Positions 8,581 to 16,867 of a DNA stretch of 41,751 nucleotides are shown here, in pieces. The translations under genes and the position numbers were made by a program. The stretch comes from a virus, in the UHGV virus genome UHGV-0203358. One strand, given 5' to 3'. The stretch's first letter is position 1; each line of letters begins with the position of its first letter. Under the pieces are notes generated by a model. That model had not been told where the DNA came from and searched no databases. It worked only from the letters and a program-made list of their open reading frames with translations.

Positions 8581-10944
8581 ATGATTGAAATTAAAGCCGT
8601 GCCGGGCAAACTGATCATGCTAGGCAAGCAGGGCGAAAACCTCGCGCGGGAAGTCGTCTTTGACGTCTCCGGCGTCCGCGCGGAGTTCGGGGACGGGGCT
8701 TTCCGACTCTCCGCGAAGAGACCGGGAGAGGCGGACGCTTATCCGGCGACCGTCACCGAAACCGGCGACACCGTTGTGTGGGCGCTGACCGGCGCGGACA
8801 CGCAGAACGCCGGGCGCGGGCAGTGCGAACTTGCCTACTACGCCGGAGAGACCAGACTTAAGACGTGGACTTATGATACGGCAATTGCCAAGTCGCTGAC
8901 CGGGTCGCCGAAAACCGATCCGTACAACGAGTTTTTAGACGAGGTCAACCGGCTCGCGGCTGAAGCGGCAATCTCGCAGCGGGAAGCGAAAAACTCGGAA
9001 AACGCTGCGAAAAACTCGGAAGAAAATGCGAAAGCATCCGAGAACGCCGCGAAAACCTCCGAGGACAACGCCGCCGAGTACGCGCGGGCAGCCCTCGCCG
9101 CTGAAACGAAATCCAAGCAGAACGCCGAATATGCCGCTTCCGCCGCGACGACTGCCGGGCAGCATGCACAAAACGCCGCGACGTCCGCGACGAACGCAGC
9201 CAACAGCGCGAGCGCCGCCGAAACGCACGAAAAAGGCGCGAAAGACGCCGCCACCGCCGCTGCGAAATCCGCCGAAGGACTTGCGGACGCCGTAAAACGC
9301 GCCGAGGACGCCGCGACGAGCGCACAGGACAACGCCGGGAAGACCGTCGCTGACCGCGAAGCCGTCGCCGGAATGAATGCCGCCGCCCAGACCGCACAGG
9401 GCAACGCGGAGAAAGCCGCTACTGCCGCCGCCGGGTCCGCGACCTCTGCCGGAGAATCCGCCGCCGCCGCGGAGACGTCGAGGAAAGGTGCGGCAGAGAT
9501 CAAAGCGCAGATTGACGAAATCAAAGCCGGAATCGATACGACGAAAGGCGAAATCGATCAAGCGAAAGCTGATATCGACCAGACCAAAACCGATACGCTC
9601 GCCGCGAAAACCGCCGCCGAAACCGCCGCGACGACCGCGACCGAAAAAGCCACGGAAATCGCGGACAGCGCGGCGCAGATCGCGGAGAATACCGAGAATA
9701 TCGGGAAGAACGCGACGGGCATCGAAACCAACGCTGAGGACATTGACCTCCTCCGGCGCGAGAACGTTGAGCTTAAGGCAAAGACCGACGCGCTTTGGAA
9801 GCTGTCGGAAGGAAAATCTTATGATTTTGTCGAGGACGCAGCCGAGGCGTACAGCAAAGACGTGCCGACCGGGTGTAGGTTTGCACAAGTCGAGAAGATC
9901 GGCGGAAAGACCGTGGCGCGGGATACTGGGGAACTTGTCAGCGCGGGGGTGGAGGACGTGGAGGTAGGCTTCCCGGAACAGTCGGGCAACACGGTGACTA
10001 TCTCCGACGGCATCGACGGACACGCACTGGACATCACCGCAAGCTGGACGCCGACGCAGACGGGAAGCGGTGATCCGAGTCCCGAGAACATACGACCGAT
10101 ATCCGGGCGGGACAAGATCACACTGACGAGAACCGCCGGGAGCGATACTCAGACGGCGACGCTCTCCCTCCCCGAAACGATCGACGGCGGCAGTGTAGAT
10201 CAGGACGGGAACGGAGTAAAGGAATGGGCGCTGCTGACGCTGGATGGGACGGAGGACTGGGCTATCCGTGACAGCTATATCGGAATCTACAGTTTTCTCC
10301 CGCCGAATAGAGGGGCAATCTGTTCGCATTTCACGTGCAAAGGCTCTTACAGCCTCGATAACAACCTCATAATCTCGACATCTGGCACAACATATTTATC
10401 CACTGCGCTCTCCGCGAAGTATACCCCGGACACGTGGAAGTCCTACCTCGCCGCCCAGAAAGCCGCCGGGACACCGGTGCAGCTCGCCTATAGGCTCGCG
10501 TCCCCGACGACCTTTACCGCAGCTGGTGCGAAGACCATCACGGCGAAAAGCGGCGTGAATACCGTGTTTTCCGACGCGGGCAGCGTGAGGGTGAAATACT
10601 CCGACGATGCCTACCCCATCCCTGACGCCGTGAAGGCTCTGACGGGATATGGATGGAGCGCCGGGAGCGTTTGCAACGAAATTGTCCGGAGAGCGGACGG
10701 GTGGGATTATGTACAGCGGGTCGGACTGCCCGCGACGACGGATGGGTACACCGCCCTCGACACTCCAACAACTACTGACATCACTGACCTCATGACCGGC
10801 GCACTGCCGCTGGTGACGACGGAGCCGGGCGGCACGATCACCATGCATCACGCACTCGCGGACGACGGGCTGACGCTCGACGTGCCGAACACTATCAAAT
10901 ATATCCGCGACTTAAAGGAGGTGGCAAGCAGTGGCACTGAATGA
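8581..10944 (+). CDS. Tail fibre / baseplate protein with BppU-like N-terminus and Ala-rich coiled coil
   Basis: N-terminal 'LGKQGENLAREVVFD...W...DTQNAGRGQCEL'; AKNSEENA/AATSA repeats; beta-rich C-terminus. Confidence 0.7.
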   Translation: MIEIKAVPGKLIMLGKQGENLAREVVFDVSGVRAEFGDGAFRLSAKRPGEADAYPATVTETGDTVVWALTGADTQNAGRGQCELAYYAGETRLKTWTYDTAIAKSLTGSPKTDPYNEFLDEVNRLAAEAAISQREAKNSENAAKNSEENAKASENAAKTSEDNAAEYARAALAAETKSKQNAEYAASAATTAGQHAQNAATSATNAANSASAAETHEKGAKDAATAAAKSAEGLADAVKRAEDAATSAQDNAGKTVADREAVAGMNAAAQTAQGNAEKAATAAAGSATSAGESAAAAETSRKGAAEIKAQIDEIKAGIDTTKGEIDQAKADIDQTKTDTLAAKTAAETAATTATEKATEIADSAAQIAENTENIGKNATGIETNAEDIDLLRRENVELKAKTDALWKLSEGKSYDFVEDAAEAYSKDVPTGCRFAQVEKIGGKTVARDTGELVSAGVEDVEVGFPEQSGNTVTISDGIDGHALDITASWTPTQTGSGDPSPENIRPISGRDKITLTRTAGSDTQTATLSLPETIDGGSVDQDGNGVKEWALLTLDGTEDWAIRDSYIGIYSFLPPNRGAICSHFTCKGSYSLDNNLIISTSGTTYLSTALSAKYTPDTWKSYLAAQKAAGTPVQLAYRLASPTTFTAAGAKTITAKSGVNTVFSDAGSVRVKYSDDAYPIPDAVKALTGYGWSAGSVCNEIVRRADGWDYVQRVGLPATTDGYTALDTPTTTDITDLMTGALPLVTTEPGGTITMHHALADDGLTLDVPNTIKYIRDLKEVASSGTE

Positions 10945-11113
10945 GACTGAAAAAGCGATGATCAAGGCGGCGGGGCTGACCGAAGCCGCATTTGAGGGGG
11001 AAAAGGGCGAAAGCCCTGAACCGGGCGCCGCCACAGACCCGGAGCTCGAAAAGCGCGTTGCGACGGTCGAAGAAACCGTCGAAGCGGTGAAAATTATACT
11101 TATGGGGGAGTGA
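10931..11113 (+). CDS. Small hypothetical protein (putative fibre chaperone)
   Basis: RBS AAGGAGG and GTG start; C-terminus resembles that of 7480..7812. Confidence 0.55.
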   Translation: MALNETEKAMIKAAGLTEAAFEGEKGESPEPGAATDPELEKRVATVEETVEAVKIILMGE

Positions 11114-11119
11114 TAAATC

Positions 11120-11920
11120 GTGAGAGGAATCGATATCTCGAAGCACAACACAATCCGATCTTTCCCCGCGATAAAGTCACAGGGTGTGGATTTCTGCATC
11201 ATCCGCGCCGGGTACGGCACGGTGGTCGACGCGAAATTTGAAACCCACATAAAAGCGGCGAAAGACGCGGGAATGCTCGTCGGCGTATACTGGTTCTGCT
11301 ATGCCCGCGATACCGTCGAGGCGCGGCGCGAGGCTGAGGTCTGCGCGAACACCTTGACCGGGTACAAGCTCGATCTGCCGGTGTTCTACGACTTTGAATA
11401 CGACACCGAAAGATACGCGGCGAAGACACAAGTGAAGTACACAACAAAGTTACGGACGGACATTATCGAAGCATTCTGTACCGAAATCACCCGACGCGGA
11501 TATAAAGCCGGAGTTTACACGAACCCCGACTACTGGCTCTACAAGCTCAATTCCGACCGCCTCGCGAAGTGGGCACTGTGGATTGCCGCTTACCGGCAGT
11601 CTGACTGCAAGGCATCCTTCGCGACCACCTCGCCGTCCGACCTCCCCGCCGCTTACGGTAACGCCATAATATGGCAGTTCGGCAAGTGTAAATTCACGAA
11701 AGCCGTCGGCGACGTGGATATCAACTATGGCTATGGCATCAAATCGCCGGTCCCGGCGAAAACCTACAAAGTCGGCGACACCTACACCGTCAAGGCGGGC
11801 GACGTCTACACGACCGGACGGAAAGTTCCGGCGCGGCTCGTCGGGAAGACTTACACCGTCCGACAGGTCCGCTCCGGCGCGGTGCTCCTCAGCGAGATTA
11901 ATTCCTGGGTGAGCGTATGA
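11120..11920 (+). CDS. Endolysin, GH25 muramidase with C-terminal cell-wall-binding region
   Basis: 'GIDISKHN', 'IIRAGYG', 'GVYWFCYA', 'PVFYDFEY', 'IWQF', 'VDIN' GH25 motifs. Confidence 0.92.
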   Translation: MRGIDISKHNTIRSFPAIKSQGVDFCIIRAGYGTVVDAKFETHIKAAKDAGMLVGVYWFCYARDTVEARREAEVCANTLTGYKLDLPVFYDFEYDTERYAAKTQVKYTTKLRTDIIEAFCTEITRRGYKAGVYTNPDYWLYKLNSDRLAKWALWIAAYRQSDCKASFATTSPSDLPAAYGNAIIWQFGKCKFTKAVGDVDINYGYGIKSPVPAKTYKVGDTYTVKAGDVYTTGRKVPARLVGKTYTVRQVRSGAVLLSEINSWVSV

Positions 11921-12273
11921 GGTATTTGAAGCGGCTGATACTCGCTGTGCTGATTTACCTCGCGGTTTACCTGCCCTTTATCGCCGTGCTGCAAGCCCTC
12001 ACCGGCACCGACCTGACCGCCGCCTTTTCGGTCGGCGGGATCGTCGGCGCTGTGGAACTCGCTCTCGGCAGCGTCATTAAAATCACCGAAAACAAAGAGA
12101 TAAGCAAGAAAGGATTTATCGAACATGAACAAGATGGATATAACACCGATTCTGGAACTGGCAGTGAAGCTGATCTTCGCGGCAGTGACGATTTTCCTGA
12201 TCCCGAAGATCAAGAAGCTGTTCGCGACAAAAGTCTCGGAGAGCGACCAGAAGAAACTGATCCGCTGGGCTGA
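11917..12273 (+). CDS. Two-TM membrane protein (holin/antiholin candidate)
   Basis: Two hydrophobic helices at the N-terminus; acidic tail overlaps the next gene. Confidence 0.6.
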   Translation: MRYLKRLILAVLIYLAVYLPFIAVLQALTGTDLTAAFSVGGIVGAVELALGSVIKITENKEISKKGFIEHEQDGYNTDSGTGSEADLRGSDDFPDPEDQEAVRDKSLGERPEETDPLG

Positions 12274-12478
12274 AATCGCCGTACAGGCTGCGGAAGAGGC
12301 TGCGCGTTCCGGACTGATCGACAAAAAGGCGAAGTACCAATACGCGAAAAGCTTCCTCGAGGCTCGCGGTGCGACCCTCGACGCCGACGCCATGCAGGCG
12401 CTGATCGACTCCACCGTGTGGGAACTGTTCAACCAGTTCAAGAAAGATTCCGACGCTGACGCCGAAAGCGAGGCGTGA
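12125..12478 (+). CDS. Holin, LL-H-like family
   Basis: One N-terminal TM helix; 'WAEIAVQAAEE', 'KYQYA', 'ALIDSTVWEL' pattern. Confidence 0.8.
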   Translation: MNKMDITPILELAVKLIFAAVTIFLIPKIKKLFATKVSESDQKKLIRWAEIAVQAAEEAARSGLIDKKAKYQYAKSFLEARGATLDADAMQALIDSTVWELFNQFKKDSDADAESEA

Positions 12479-12479
12479 A

Positions 12480-12692
12480 ATGAGAGCTGACGACGTGGCT
12501 GACCTCACGCGATCCGAGTGGACGCGAATCATTGACGAGTGCATCCATGATCGGAAATGGCGAGATATTTTTAAGCGCCGCTGGCTCGATGGGATCAAGT
12601 TCGAGCCCCTCGCGGAGGAATTCGGGCTTTCAGTCCGTCAGACTCAGCGGATTGTCAAAGCCTGCGAGCAGAAAATCAAATCACGTATATAA
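12480..12692 (+). CDS. Small HTH protein (sigma-70 region 4-like)
   Basis: 'RWLDGIKFEPLAEEFGLSVRQTQRIVK'. Confidence 0.7.
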   Translation: MRADDVADLTRSEWTRIIDECIHDRKWRDIFKRRWLDGIKFEPLAEEFGLSVRQTQRIVKACEQKIKSRI

Positions 12693-12700
12693 ATGTCATG

Positions 12701-12730
12701 AAACCGTCGCGAAAGCGGCGGTTTTTCTTC
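12701..12730 (+). terminator. Intrinsic terminator ending the late operon
   Basis: AAACCGTCGC-GAAA-GCGGCGGTTT followed by TTCTTC. Confidence 0.75.
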
Positions 12731-12731
12731 G

Positions 12732-12760
12732 TTCACTTTGCACAAAAATCGTGCTATAAT
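12732..12760 (+). promoter_or_regulatory. Sigma-A-type promoter for the Cys-rich cassette
   Basis: TTCACT-17 nt-TATAAT with extended -10 TG. Confidence 0.7.
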
Positions 12761-12809
12761 ATATGTGCCGGAGGAAACTCCGAGTATATACTTAGGATGG
12801 TGAATCCAC

Positions 12810-13382
12810 ATGGCAGAATTCGCAAGCAACGGCAAGGCAAACGCGGCACTGACTACCGGCATTATCGGTACGGCGGGCGTCGGCGCGGCTCTTCTCAACG
12901 GCGGGCTTAACGGGCTCTTCGGCGGCGGCTGGAGAAACGGCGCGTGCGGCTGTAACGAAGATCACGTCGTCGATCGCTACGAAGCGGGACAGGCGGCGCG
13001 GATCGCACAGCTGGAGACCGAAGTGAAGCTGCGCGACGCGAACACGTACACGGACCAGAAAATGCTCGAGATGTATAAATATTTCGATGGCAGGACCCGT
13101 GCGCTCGAGGCGTCCGACGCTGCTCAGGCAGTCACTAATCAGCGCATGGTGGACAGCTTTGAAGCCGTCCATAACGACATCAACTGCGTCAAGAACGAGC
13201 TTTACGGCGCAATCCGCAACGAAGCCGAAAAGCGCTGCTGCGGCGACAACAGCATCGTCACCTACGCGAACGCGACATTTTATCCCAAGATGGTCGCGGA
13301 CGTCACGACCGGCACCGGAACCACCGCGCAGAGCACGTACAACCCGCTCCCGAAGTGCGGGTGCGGCTGCGGCTGTAACTGA
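12810..13382 (+). CDS. Gly-rich N-terminus, coiled-coil, Cys-rich hypothetical protein
   Basis: 190 aa; GACGC, RCC and terminal CGCGCGCN. Confidence 0.8.
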   Translation: MAEFASNGKANAALTTGIIGTAGVGAALLNGGLNGLFGGGWRNGACGCNEDHVVDRYEAGQAARIAQLETEVKLRDANTYTDQKMLEMYKYFDGRTRALEASDAAQAVTNQRMVDSFEAVHNDINCVKNELYGAIRNEAEKRCCGDNSIVTYANATFYPKMVADVTTGTGTTAQSTYNPLPKCGCGCGCN

Positions 13383-13420
13383 CGGCAGGGGCGGCAACCG
13401 CCGCCCCATGAGGTGATGAT

Positions 13421-13759
13421 ATGGTAACTCTGGCACAGGCAACCGCCGGGATCGAGCGATATCTCGACACTGAAATCCTCGCGAAAATCCCCGGCTGGCA
13501 AAAATGGGTCCTCGGCGCGGCGGCGTCGCGTATGCTGTCCCGGTCGGGAGAAATTTTTAACACACTGAAAAGCAACCCCGTCGTCTCGGCGATGGGGATC
13601 ATAGATGAGCAGGATCAAATCGACATCGACGCGGTTTACCAAGAATTCGCGGCGCAAGCACAGCGCGGAGCAGTCACTTTTGACGTGCCGTTCGTCGGCG
13701 CCCTGACGCTAACCACCGCCGATGTAGACAAGCTGTATCGATATATAATCGGAGGGTAA
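13421..13759 (+). CDS. Hypothetical protein
   Basis: RBS GAGGTG; 112 aa; second gene of the cassette. Confidence 0.8.
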   Translation: MVTLAQATAGIERYLDTEILAKIPGWQKWVLGAAASRMLSRSGEIFNTLKSNPVVSAMGIIDEQDQIDIDAVYQEFAAQAQRGAVTFDVPFVGALTLTTADVDKLYRYIIGG

Positions 13760-13760
13760 A

Positions 13761-14045
13761 ATGAAAGACGAAGTAATGCGCGGCGTCATCTGGATGACGA
13801 CCGACGGCATCAAGGACGCGGGCATGGCGTACGACTACGCCGAAGACGCGAAAGAAGCAGGAAAGCCGGAACTCGCGGCGCTGTTTATCGAGGACGCGAA
13901 GTACCGGCTCGGGAAGGTGAAAGAGTGGTACGACAGAGCGATGACCATGCACGGAGCTGTCGACGGAGTGACCGATGAGCTCATCGAGTGGCATCGGCAG
14001 GCTTACCGGGAGCTGCTGGACAGGGTCATGAAATTCAAGGCTTAA
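13761..14045 (+). CDS. Helical hypothetical protein (four-helix/ferritin-like pattern)
   Basis: RBS GGAGG; amphipathic helices; 'KPELAALF'. Confidence 0.7.
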   Translation: MKDEVMRGVIWMTTDGIKDAGMAYDYAEDAKEAGKPELAALFIEDAKYRLGKVKEWYDRAMTMHGAVDGVTDELIEWHRQAYRELLDRVMKFKA

Positions 14046-14050
14046 GCCGG

Positions 14051-14073
14051 AGGAGCGGAGACGCTCCTTTTTT
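14051..14073 (+). terminator. Intrinsic terminator
   Basis: AGGAGCG-GAGA-CGCTCCT followed by a T-run. Confidence 0.9.
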
Positions 14074-14091
14074 CTTTACTCAAAACTTTTT

Positions 14092-14152
14092 TGAGAAAAA
14101 TATATTTTTTTCTCGAAAACCCCTTGACAAAACAGAGAAAGTGTGGTATAAT
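14092..14152 (+). promoter_or_regulatory. Strong sigma-A promoter with upstream palindrome (copy 1)
   Basis: TTGACA 14124-14129, 17 nt, TG-N-TATAAT 14147-14152; upstream GAGAAAAATATATTTTTTTCTC. Confidence 0.9.
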
Positions 14153-14212
14153 ATATATACAGAAAAGGAAAGCACAAAGCCCCCGATAAAATTAAAATCA
14201 AGGAGAAAACAA

Positions 14213-14557
14213 ATGAAACTCACAAGCGAAATGATTGAAAAGGCAATAGCAGCAATCGAAGCTGACGAAACTCACGAAATCTTCGGAATCCGCACTCAGG
14301 AAATCCCCTTCGAGGCGGGTAAAATCTATCACCGCTCCTTTGTCTGGGACAGAGGTGATGTTACAGACGAAGAGCTGGATGGCGTCTGCGCGACAAGAAT
14401 TGACCCCGACGACATCGTGAAGTCGCTCAACCGCCACGTCCGCGAAGGCTATGAGGGCGAGCACATTGCGATCCTCGCTGGCGGCTACAGCAAGTCGGGT
14501 GAAGATCCTTTCGAGACCATCATGGAGAACCCCGACGTCATCGCGATCCTCGCGTAA
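14213..14557 (+). CDS. Small acidic hypothetical protein
   Basis: RBS AAGGAG and ATG 14213 (MKLTSEM...); real start is downstream of the track start 13988. Confidence 0.8.
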   Translation: MKLTSEMIEKAIAAIEADETHEIFGIRTQEIPFEAGKIYHRSFVWDRGDVTDEELDGVCATRIDPDDIVKSLNRHVREGYEGEHIAILAGGYSKSGEDPFETIMENPDVIAILA

Positions 14558-14562
14558 ATCAA

Positions 14563-14593
14563 CCGCTCCTGAGCCGTCGAGCGGATCGGCGGC
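14563..14593 (+). ncRNA. Candidate intergenic H-type pseudoknot
   Basis: CCGCTC/GAGCGG stem; loop GCCGTC pairs with downstream GGCGGC. Confidence 0.35.
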
Positions 14594-14605
14594 ATCCCAA
14601 AAATC

Positions 14606-14636
14606 AAGCTGACGCACCGGCTACACGGCGAAGGAG
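14606..14636 (+). ncRNA. Repeated RBS-proximal structured RNA motif, copy 1
   Basis: AAGCTGACGCACCGGCTACACGGCGAAGGAG; covaries with copy 2. Confidence 0.55.
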
Positions 14637-14644
14637 AAACGAAT

Positions 14645-14938
14645 ATGAAAGGTATCAACCAGTTCATCACGGATCACGATCTACAGGACAAGGTCACCCT
14701 CCGGGGAGTTTTCCCGGACGACGAAGCCCGCGTCGTGTTTTACAATGGAACGGAAATCGTTCTCACGCTCTCGTTCGGATCAGCCGAGGAAGCAGCCCGG
14801 ATAGCTTTGGACGCCGCCAAAGAAACGAACTTCTCGATCTACTCTGACCGGGTTCGCTTCATCGCGGTCGGAGTGAGGAAGACCGCTATACACTACGACT
14901 ACCTAACCGGCGACGAAATCAAGAAAATTTTAGCATAA
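14645..14938 (+). CDS. Hypothetical protein
   Basis: RBS AAGGAG; 97 aa. Confidence 0.8.
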   Translation: MKGINQFITDHDLQDKVTLRGVFPDDEARVVFYNGTEIVLTLSFGSAEEAARIALDAAKETNFSIYSDRVRFIAVGVRKTAIHYDYLTGDEIKKILA

Positions 14939-14945
14939 ATAAAAA

Positions 14946-14978
14946 AAGCTGTCCTACCGGCTTGACGGGGAGAAGGAG
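14946..14978 (+). ncRNA. Repeated RBS-proximal structured RNA motif, copy 2
   Basis: AAGCTGTCCTACCGGCTTGACGGGGAGAAGGAG. Confidence 0.55.
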
Positions 14979-14984
14979 AAGCTC

Positions 14985-15404
14985 ATGTTTAATCTTTACG
15001 AAGACACCGCCCACGAGGCAGGAATCATCATCCACAGCGAAGAAGCCGTAATCGTCGCCAACTGGAGCAGCTACGAAGACAATCGCGTCCCGATGCTGCT
15101 CGCTCCGCTCGGCCTGATGGAGTGGCCGGTGGAGGACGAGGACGCGAAGATCGTGAAGCTCCGCGACGTCGAGGACATCCGCGATGAGCTTCCCGGAAAA
15201 GTCTGGATCAACGAGGATGGCGACGCCGAAACCGACATGGATATCGTCAGCGACGAGAACGGTGATCTTTCAGCCCTGTTCGGCATCCGCACCGGCGACA
15301 CCGACCCGGGCTTTTACAAGACTATTCCCGGGCCGTTTTGCGGCAGTGTTTATGAGATCACCGGAACCGATATTAAGGTGATCACGATTAGGGCGTGGAA
15401 CTGA
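14985..15404 (+). CDS. Strongly acidic hypothetical protein
   Basis: RBS AAGGAG; about 30 D/E versus about 10 K/R in 139 aa (hand count). Confidence 0.8.
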   Translation: MFNLYEDTAHEAGIIIHSEEAVIVANWSSYEDNRVPMLLAPLGLMEWPVEDEDAKIVKLRDVEDIRDELPGKVWINEDGDAETDMDIVSDENGDLSALFGIRTGDTDPGFYKTIPGPFCGSVYEITGTDIKVITIRAWN

Positions 15405-15443
15405 TTATGGCATGAAAAAAAGAGAAAAAGGAGAAGGAATGAC

Positions 15444-16343
15444 ATGGCGGAAATGATATCTTACAAACGACTCGCGAAACTCCCGCGCGTCGTACTCGAG
15501 GGAACCATGCTTCGTCAAGTGCGGAGGTGGTTCGACGAAAACCACCTCTCGCCGCTCGTCCCGCCGATATTTAACCGCTTCGTCATCGAGTACCCGGCGA
15601 GCATTAAATGCTCCGTGCCGGTGAGCGATGTCCCGAGATTCCTTGCGGGAGGGTTTGAGCGGTTAAACGTCGACGAACTTGAACAGTACTCCGAGATGAA
15701 AATTCCGCCTGAGTACGACAAGCTCGAGCCGCATGAATGGTTGAAGTGGACGGTGAAGACTGAACTACTTGTCGATTACGAACCATCACTGACTAAAGCG
15801 GTCGTCACGGTATATGACCAAGAAAAGCGGCGTTACATCATCGATCTCGACTACGATGATCTCGACGCCAAGTCCGGCATCTGGCACGCCGGCATAACAG
15901 CCGAAGAGCCCACCGAAGAGGAAGCGCGTGAAGCCCTCGAGGAAAATCAGGAACACGCGCAGGAAGTCATCCGCAGCGTCATCGCGGTGCAGAGCTATAT
16001 ATTATATCACCGCTCGGAGCAGATAGCCGCCCCGAAGGTGATAAAAGTCAAGTCGAAATCCGCCGAGACCACCGGCAAGAAGCCGAAAAAGCGCAATTCC
16101 GACAAAACCGCCGTGACGATCAAGCACCAGAAACGGCAAGTCATCTTTATCCGCGAAAGCGACCCCTTGCCGCGGAAAGAGTATAATTATCGCACCCTCG
16201 CGTGGAACGTCCGCGGGCACTACGCCCGGCGCGGATCGGATAAGCACCTGACATATATCGCGCCGTATATCTGTCGGCGCGGAGACGAGAAAAAGAAACC
16301 AAGAGCGGTTGAGTACCGCATAACGGAAGGAGACAAAGAATGA
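15444..16343 (+). CDS. Hypothetical protein with basic C-terminus
   Basis: 299 aa; 'WNVRGHY...YIAPYIC.RG' motif. Confidence 0.8.
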   Translation: MAEMISYKRLAKLPRVVLEGTMLRQVRRWFDENHLSPLVPPIFNRFVIEYPASIKCSVPVSDVPRFLAGGFERLNVDELEQYSEMKIPPEYDKLEPHEWLKWTVKTELLVDYEPSLTKAVVTVYDQEKRRYIIDLDYDDLDAKSGIWHAGITAEEPTEEEAREALEENQEHAQEVIRSVIAVQSYILYHRSEQIAAPKVIKVKSKSAETTGKKPKKRNSDKTAVTIKHQKRQVIFIRESDPLPRKEYNYRTLAWNVRGHYARRGSDKHLTYIAPYICRRGDEKKKPRAVEYRITEGDKE

Positions 16344-16768
16344 AAAAAGTTATACAAGGCGTCCTCTGCGACACCAGCACAGCCAAGCACCTCGGATCGG
16401 CGTCCTACCTGGGCGTCCGCGACTTCGCCCACTGGAGCGAGGAACTTTACCGGACGAAATCCGGAAAGTACTTCCTCTACGGCGAGGGTGGACCCGCGAG
16501 CCGATACGCCGTGACCATCGGGCAGAATGAGTGGTCAGGCGGCGAAAAAATCCAGCTGCTTTCCCGCGAAACCGCCATGAAATGGGCGGAGGAATATCTC
16601 GACGGCGACGAGTATATCGCAGCTTTCGGCAATCCGGAGGAGACCGAGAAAGCCACGCTGGTCGTCCTGCCGATAAAGACTCGGGACCAGCTCGAAGCAC
16701 TCAAGCGCGAGACCGGGATGACCTTTTCGGAGATCATCGCGCGGGCAATTGATGGATATCAGAAATAA
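16340..16768 (+). CDS. Hypothetical protein with C-terminal ribbon-helix-helix-like DNA-binding domain
   Basis: 'ELYRTKSGKYFLYGEGG' N-domain; C-terminal 'TLVVLPIKTRDQLEALKRETGMTFSEIIARAI' fits RHH/CopG. Confidence 0.7.
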   Translation: MKKVIQGVLCDTSTAKHLGSASYLGVRDFAHWSEELYRTKSGKYFLYGEGGPASRYAVTIGQNEWSGGEKIQLLSRETAMKWAEEYLDGDEYIAAFGNPEETEKATLVVLPIKTRDQLEALKRETGMTFSEIIARAIDGYQK

Positions 16769-16774
16769 AAGATG

Positions 16775-16803
16775 AGCCGGGGCGACCCGGCTTCTTTTTA
16801 TTT
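16775..16803 (+). terminator. Intrinsic terminator
   Basis: AGCCGGG-GCGA-CCCGGCT followed by TCTTTTTATTT. Confidence 0.9.
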
Positions 16804-16806
16804 CTA

Positions 16807-16867
16807 TGAGAAAAATATATTTTTTTCTCGAAACCTACTTGACAAAATTGAGAAAGTATGGTATAAT
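16807..16867 (+). promoter_or_regulatory. Strong sigma-A promoter with upstream palindrome (copy 2)
   Basis: TTGACA 16839-16844, 17 nt, TATAAT 16862-16867; near-identical to 14092-14152. Confidence 0.9.

Noticed and set aside
14946..14978. HDV-like ribozyme reading of the GCTG-TCCTAC-CGGC motif
   Set aside because: No upstream P1/P2 strands (poly-A precedes it) and no catalytic J4/2 segment
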